A stretch of 64,000 nt of DNA from the NCBI RefSeq assembly GCF_009914755.1, contig NC_060926.1; one strand, written 5' to 3'. The notes under the pieces were generated by a model. The model had not been told where the DNA came from. It saw only the letters and a program-made list of their open reading frames with translations, and searched no databases. This DNA is from the human T2T-CHM13v2.0 reference genome, Homo sapiens. The position numbers were made by a program, and so were the translations under genes. This document shows positions 55,436 to 64,000 of the stretch, piece by piece; within the stretch, counting starts at the first letter, position 1; each line of letters begins with the position of its first letter.

Positions 55436-57152
55436 AAGAATAACTACTGGAGATAAGCCATTTTTGGTCAATTCCATAGTGGCTAGTTAGAGGCTAAGTA
55501 ATATGCAATCATGAAATTAATGCTCAAATTAATAAAACAGTATTTCCCAATCTTGATTTTATTACAAGTTCATTTCTGAGTAGTTCAAGAACTTGTAGAA
55601 TTATTTTAAAGATCTCAAAATAAAAGAAAGTGGTAATCTAATTTTGAAAGGAAATATGTTTCACACAGTTTGGGAAAGAGAGAAGTATTGTTTTCAAATA
55701 GGGAGCAGTGCCTTAGTGAGTAATTTCATTTGCATTCCTGTGTATCTTTAAGCTGAGTACAAACTAAGAAAAACTGTTCTTGCAGAATACACTGTAAAAT
55801 TACTTTAATCAGTAATTACTTTGACCTTTCCCTATCAAAGGTCAAAACACCGGACAGCCTGTTGCTCTTAACATCAGCTCTTCTGCGTAATATTTCTCTT
55901 TGCTCTGGAACACAATTAGCTCTTGGGAAAAGAGGCCAACTTTTCAGTTTCTGCCTTTCATGGTTTCTGTCTTCCCCTCTGCTTCAGTGCAGGTCAGTCA
56001 CACAGATAAGCATTATGCCCAGAATAAAACTGGCTCTGTTTATCTGGACTAATAAATGAATGGAACCAGTTATTTTCATTGGCTTGGTCTGGAAGGAAAC
56101 CAAACTAATTTCCACAGACCTTAAATTGGACCTAATCCAAGCTACTTGTCCTCACTAATAAGAGCAATAACAATTAGTATAAAAGCAAAAATTTTTACAA
56201 AAGCAATCCATATTTACTGCTGGGCAAGAAAATTGGATAAAACTAGGAACTAACATGAGGGACTCTGAAAGCTCTGAGAAATCCACTTCATTTGTATTTC
56301 AATGAGTCTGAGCTTTGCAGGTGAATACAACCTTTCTTTAGGTTCTAGATACTCCAGTTTCTCTCTGGTCAATTTTTCTAATCAAGTTGTGCTAACTTCC
56401 GCTGATGAGCAGAAAGTATGTGTATGGTACAGTCAAAACTTTTGCACTTTTGTCTTACTTAAGAAACTTAAAACTCACATTTGTATTCCTAGGGTTTCTG
56501 ACAAGTCGGCATACTTTATTTCACAATGTGTTCATGGAACAGTGAGATTTTGACTTCCATTGTGCACATGTAATAAAATGTTCTCATTAGTGATATTCAC
56601 TCAGTGTATGAAAGCAGTTACTGCCTCTGCCCAAAAGGCATTGCTGTTTCCATTTAAGATTTATGGTTGGCCTTTTAATTATACTCCCAACACTGCCCCT
56701 AAATATATCCCCATGGAAAAATATATAAAAGTATTTCACTTAATTATTATCTTGCTCAAAGATCAGGGCAATATCTTGGAGCTGCTTCCAAGACTATTGC
56801 TTTATGATTTGAAAGCTGTTTAGCTATTTTTACCAAATAATTAATTCAGATATATCAAGAATAGGGTAAACTCTTTATTGAAACGATTTGTAGGGAACTT
56901 AAAGAGTAATTAATTTTCCATATGTATTTTTAAATGAAAATAACTTATTCTTTCTTTCTGATTTAAAAAAATGCCTACTTGTAGCAAAACAAAATAGGGG
57001 AATTCATTAAAAAATTGTTTAAACCCAATGCAACCCACCTATATTTCTAGGTACCAAGAATACCACTATGAAAATGTTCATGAACATCCTTTCAGACATT
57101 TATATGGATAGACATTAGGCATACACATTTTTTAAAACAAATGAGATAATAC

Positions 57153-58021
<869 letters not shown>

Positions 58022-59549
58022 ATACCATACTGTTTTAAAATTAACAATATATTCTTTAAAATATGTAAATATAAGTAGATGATTAGATAGAGAGATCTCC
58101 AACTCACCACTTAAAGTGCTGCATCATATTAGATTCTGTTTTCATATTTTACCAATCCACTATTGATGAACATTTAAGTAATTTCAATTCAATTTTAAAT
58201 AACACTATAGCAAATACCAATGTGTGTTTTTCTGATTATCTTTCTAGGTTTTATTCCCAAAGGTTACTGACTATGGATATTTAAAATGTTTGAAATGTAT
58301 TCTTAACTTCCCCTTCAACAATGTTAAAACCAATGGTTTTAATATCCTTAAAGGTAGTTTCTACTTTACACAAAAGTTATTTGGAAGGAGATTTGGGGTA
58401 AAGGAAGTGATTAGGAGGAATAGAGGATTAAGAGATGAGGATGATACTGGATATATTTCTTAAAAAAGTCTATGAGAAGATAGAAAAATGAGTACAGCTT
58501 AGAGATGCTGAAATATCATAACAGTAAAAAAGGTATGTGTTACATGAAGTTAGGCACCAATCCAAAGAAGTTGCTGAGAGAACAATCTTGTGAACCTACA
58601 AGTTAATTGTAGGAGAGAAACTCAGAAGTTTTAGTATGAATGAGCTGGAAGGTTACTGTTTCACTCAGGAGATTAGAAAGATAACAAGAGACATTGCTTA
58701 AATCTATTTTCAAATATAATGCTAATAATTTTTTCAGTAGGCTATAAAAACAAGTCTTCCCTTTCCTACTGCAGTTAAAAAAAATGCATTGTCCTTTTCC
58801 CCCCTCACACTTTGTTTGTATCAGGACCTTCTTGTTTAGATCAGGTTACTAAATATCTTTAGAAGACACTACATTTAGAAAAAGAAATTATTGTTTTGAA
58901 GTTTTTCCAAAGCAAATAAAGATAATTCTTATACTTCTATAGATATTTAAATCCAAATGTGTCTGTTCAATGGATAAAACCATAGAGGTCTTTAATTTTG
59001 CAAAACAAGCCCATGGCAAACCCATGAAATAGAAAAATGTATTATTTTGAATACTACTATCCAATCTTCCCCCACGCTTTCTCTGGTGCCCAGTTTTTCC
59101 AGGTGACACTGCTATACCTCAGCCTGAAGCCTCTACCCCTCTTGTTCAGCTCTGTCCCTGCAGACAGAACTTCTAGGTGGGTCCCCAAGGACCAGATTTG
59201 CCTCACTCTATACCCTCTGAATGCTTTAGCCTTTGACTTGTTTCCTCAAGGCACTCCTAAATGATGCTCTTTTAACTGATGAACTATTTTGAAAATTAGT
59301 GACTGAGGGTAGACCAGTGTGTTACTACTCCAAGTAACAAGAGCAATTTAAAAGTGTCCTTCAGTGCTTCAGTGGAAAGAAATCTGTTCCATAAAGGGAA
59401 TTCAGGCTTCCTGCAACAGGATGTTTTCTGTTCAATCCATAGTCATACCAAGCAGGGCAACAGCTCTTAGTTTCTAGTCACAATCATAGATACAGGTAGG
59501 AGATACTGATAAATATTTGATAAATATTATTTCATTGGAGCTTCAATTC

Positions 59550-61500
59550 TATTTAATTTTTAATTTTATCAGAGTAATGCACAGATACATGCTTTTATAA
59601 AGTAAAATAGCACTTAGAGAGCTTTTAATAAAATTAGCTTGCCTGCCGCATTGCCCCACTTCAAAAGCAGGATCTTCCACACTTGATTTGTTTATGTGTA
59701 CTTCTGAATTTCTAAACTACCTGCCCACTTTATTGACTTTTCAATTTTAGATATCATTATTGAATGATATCCCTGTAAGAGAAATGAAGATTAAGCAGTC
59801 TGATGCACGCTTCTCACCACACACCACAAATACATGTCCCTCCTTCCATCTTCTTATTCTGTAACAGACTTTGGGGTTAAATTAATATTTAATATTTCCA
59901 TTGATGTCACTGTGTCTATCACTCACATCTGAAAGATGCCATGTTTTGTAATTTACATTTCTTTTCTCATATTAATTTTCATTATTCCTAAACTTTAAAA
60001 TAGCCATGCACTGTTTTGTTTTCTTCATTTCCTATGTGCCTATCATTTACGCAATCTCAAATTTTCTGATACTGCTGCTAAACTCTCAGTAAAATCAGAC
60101 ACATTAGGTGAACTATCAGTAGTACTTCTCCTTTCATGGAGACATTACTCCTGGGGCTGTCTGTCCTTTTGCTTCTCTGGTCTATTGCAGATAATCTGTT
60201 ATTCCTAACTGTATCTCTTCATTCAAATGACAATAAAGCTCAATATTTAGTGAAGAGCAATCTTGACATGTGATTCGAAGACATAACTTTATTTTCATTT
60301 TGATTATTTTTCCTATGTCTCAAATAAGGTTTCTTGTGTGAGTGAGGGATAACCAGGAATGAGCAAATGTTTCTGTGTTTTGCCTATAAAACAGACACAG
60401 AGTCCCAAGACTGTCTCTCTAGAAGAATTTTTCCAGAGATTCCTTAGTTCATCCTACTCTCAAATGGCTAATTTTATTCCCCTTGCAAGTCTTTACCAAA
60501 AATGATTTTGTAGCCTGAACTGCTGTGGTACTAGAAATTTCATCTGCTTTTTTCTGAGTATTCCCATTCCTTCTCATTTTTAATCAGCCCTGTATAGTTT
60601 AGATTTCATGTCCTCCTCTTTTTTATTTACCCTCTCATTTTGAAGAAGCAAATAGTTCAACAGCCTCTTGAGAAGGAGGACTTGAGAGGTAAATATATTG
60701 AGGTATTGCATGTCAACAATATCTTTATTCTGTTCTCATGCTTGATTGTGGCTTGGCACAGTGCCAAACTCAAGGTTGGAAATCATTTTCCCTCAGAATG
60801 TTGAAGGCAGTGCTCCGACTGGAATGGAGCCCATGCTGCTGTTGAGAGGTTCAGTGGAATCTGATCCGGATTCTGAATCCTTGTAATGAGAACTGATTTT
60901 TCTCTCTGGGAGACTTTTAAGGTCTTTTCTTTATCTCTGGCTTCCTGATGATAAGCCTTGCTTCATGTGGGTCTTTCTTCATTCATTGTGTTAGGTTCTT
61001 AATCAGACTTTTCAATCTGAGAATGTGTCCTTCAGTACCAAAAATGTTTATTCTATGATTTCCTTGATAATGCTATCCCCTCTGTTATATCTCTTTCCTG
61101 TTTGTGAAACTCCTATTAATCCATTTATGCCTAGTGTTCCATTATTGGAACACTAAGCTTGTGAGAGTTATTTATATCTTACTGCCCAAGGTCATCACCA
61201 AGGTCTGATTTTTCACACAAAAAAATTTGCAACCTCCTGCATAAATGGGTTAATTGGATGTGAAACCTCTGATTCTTGTCTTTTCTATACTGTTTTTCAT
61301 CTCTTTGATTTTTATTTCAGTTTCTGATTTTCTCAAATTTTGTGTTTAAATTCTTCTGTTTTTATTTGTGCTACTGTATTTTTTTTTAATTTAAAGAGCT
61401 TTTAAAAAATTTATTTCTTTTAGATAGCATTCTGTTCTTTTTCATGGGTGCAAAATCTACTTTTGTTTCTGGGGATATTGCTTACAGAAACTTTTCCTGT
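59550..61500 (-). mobile_element. Old L1M fragments (approximate extent)
   Basis: T-rich sequence with L1M-like motifs (aggttggaaatcattttccctcagaat, ctgctgttgagag, gtgtccttcagt). Confidence 0.5.
61120..61249 (+). mobile_element. MER85 piggyBac (PGBD3-derived) MITE
   Basis: TTAA TSDs at 61116-61119 and 61250-61253, TIRs (t)CCATTTATGC...GCATAAATGGG, and internal palindrome GTTCCATTATTGGAAC at 61136-61151. Confidence 0.92.
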
Positions 61501-63699
61501 TACTCCATGAATGGTTTCCAGTATATGGTGTACTGGCTGGAAATTTAGACTCTGCATCCAGCTTAAATGTCAATCAACACCACCATTGACTGTGCCTATG
61601 ACCTTGGGCAAGTTATCTAAACTCTGCTCATCAGTTGTCTCAGTAAAATAGAAACAATAAGAGTATACAGTAACGCATGGCATTATTGTGAGGTACAAAT
61701 GAGAGCAAAATGTATTCGGCACTCAGAACAGTAACTGGAAAAGAGGAAGCCCATATGATATGTTATTATATCCATTTCCTCCAAGTTCCTTTTTTTCCTG
61801 TTTTATTTTACTCTTTATCATTTGTGTTAGACATTTTTCTCAAATGCCTGATGATCCTTGGCTGTGTGTTCATATTTAATAATGAGGAACTAAGAAGTAA
61901 ATTGGAAACCTTCTGTGTGCCTTTGAACTCCTGAAGAGCCATGTGGGAATATAACACCCCACAGCTTCAGTGCTGGAAAGACCTCATGATAGAGAGTGGT
62001 GATCAAGGAGCACCAGATGTTGCAATCACTGCCTGCAGCCATATCAGATACCCCAATAAGAACCGCCTCGCTGAGTCCAGTCAGCACCCAAAACCATGAG
62101 AAGTCATAATAACAACAAGTGATTGCTGTTGATTTGTTCCACCAAGTCATGTAACAATAGACAAATGATGCAGAGAAGAATAGGCCCTAGAATGAGCAAG
62201 AGCCCCACCTAGTATCAGATCTTGTGACTTGAAAGTTTCCCTTCCCATCTAGGAACAGCCTCTCAATCTCTATTCCTCTAAAATCTACTAGACAATATCC
62301 TTGTTTGATTCTCTATAGATATTTTAGTGTTAATCTTTCCTTGAAGTTTAAGACAGGTCATCCAAACACAGCTGAAGGTAAATCGGAGTGTTGGAGATGA
62401 TGCCACTCTAAGGCATAGTAAGCCAGTTTTCTAAGAGTTGAGATAACACATAATGATAAATTACCTACGACAAACACAATATAACTGTTACTTGGATTAA
62501 TAACCCTCTTTTTCTCTTCACATCTCATCAGTTCCCTCTGTCATCTAAATACATTCCTATGCCAGGAATAGAATTTCAGAAAACAGTTTACTTTGCAAAT
62601 TCAAAAGTATCTCAAATTTAGGGAAAAGAAAGTGAGATGAAAGTTTCAGTGAAGTCTTCTCCAAAGCTAAAACAATCATTTGAAAATAGATGCCCACAAA
62701 TGTTGCAGCTTGATTTATAGAGGCAAATAATTCAGCATTAAATGAGGAGCAACATGATTGCTAAGAGTATATATGTTTAAACTGTGTCAACAGCTATTAC
62801 ACTGTGAAGAGGGATTTGGATTTTGAACATCTTGTCAAGTCAAGAGACGTTGTTTACATTTCACTGCTCACTTTATTTCTGCTACCGAGAATGAGATTTG
62901 ACTTCTTCCAAAGAACTCATTGCTACAAGGAAGGGTAAATACAGAGAGTAGTCAAGGTGATCTCACAGGGGAGAAGGTAACTAAGCATCCAAATTGAAAC
63001 ACTTAAATTTAAACAGCTGTAAAACATGTAATCAGCCATTCAAAATGTAATTGTCAAAACTGGCTACACTTACCGAACATTTCACTCTGCATTTGTTTGA
63101 AATGTTTTGAAACTCTAAGTTTAGGTTGAACATTATATTTGGTTAGCAGGGAAAATTTTGCCTATTCTGATTTACAGTGAACTACAGGAAGCTAATAAGT
63201 TGCCTGGGAGATACTGACTGAAACTATGATCTGCATAGGTCACTTAGTTACTAATTGGTTATGGGAAAGGCATGGCTAAGCCTACTGCACTGAAGATTTG
63301 AAACTATGAACACCACACACAGGAGGAACCTTAACCCTTAGCAGTCAAATGCTGCATGTAATAATATGCAGAAGAGGAAAATCTATCCTTTAAGTTTGTT
63401 AAGAACCAGCAGTTTTAGGAGGAATCATTTGCCATTCTCTGACAGTTTACATGTGTTTCCCTGAAAAATGAGATAAAGTAAAATAAAACAAAAATAAGCA
63501 CAAGTTTACTCAGAGATGATGAAACCCCAAACTAGATTGGTGGTTGAGAAACATGATATTCATGGCCTTCATAGTAAAAGCATTGTTGTTAAGCACTCTA
63601 CTCTCATTACCTCTTTTAGCCCTTGTAACTGCTGTGATGGATATGTCTATATCTCCCCCTCTATATTTGAGGAAACTGATGCTTAAAGAGACTAAGAAA

Positions 63700-63812
63700 T
63701 AGGTTCAGCAACCATCCTGATTTGCCCGAGACTGAGAGGTTTCCCAGGTTGCAGAATTTTCACTCTTAACACCAGGAGACTCCTGGGCAAACCAGAATGG
63801 TTGGTCACCTTA
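63700..63812. mobile_element. MER81-like hAT-Blackjack MITE
   Basis: Inverted arms aaccatcctgatttgccc...gggcaaaccagaatggttggtcacctta, ~113 bp. Confidence 0.7.
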
Positions 63813-63938
63813 TGCAGCAGCAGGTCACTTACTTACTAACTGGTTATGGAAAAGGCATGGCTAGGCCTACTGCACTAAAGCTTTGAAAGCAACTCCACAT
63901 GGCAGCAAGCATTTCTTTCTGTGTTATAGGGTATCTTA

Positions 63939-64000
63939 CTTTTTTGGAGACAGGGTCTTGCTCTGTCACCCAGGCTGGAGTGCAGTGATACAACTATAGC
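63939..64000 (-). mobile_element. Alu 3' end, truncated by the window edge
   Basis: ttttttggagacagggtcttgctctgtcacccaggctggagtgcagtg. Confidence 0.85.

Overview
Human (primate) genomic DNA containing the 5' half of GALNT3 (polypeptide GalNAc-transferase 3) on the minus strand, plus about 34 kb of repeat-rich upstream sequence. The gene parts are a non-coding exon 1 in a CpG-island promoter (donor at 29518), a 23-kb intron 1, exon 2 (6303-5681, ATG at 6195, 515 coding nt) and exon 3 (422-250, 173 nt, missed by the ORF track); the gene continues off the left edge. The rest is mostly interspersed repeats: about 20 Alu/FLAM copies including a young AluYb8, a degenerate sense-oriented ERV-L in intron 1, MaLR and MER34 solo LTRs, DNA-transposon MITEs (MER85, MER53, MER58, MER30, MER2, MER81), L1/L2/MIR fragments and microsatellites. 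I see no new multi-gene biological system. The most interesting items are a TSD-bounded 5'-inverted Alu, an apparent gene-conversion tract between two head-to-head Alus 29 bp apart, a uORF overlapping the GALNT3 start, an everted double-NBRE (NurRE-like) element, a candidate divergent spliced lncRNA and a 67-bp templated insertion. Repeat subfamily names come from remembered consensus sequences and need RepeatMasker/Dfam confirmation.
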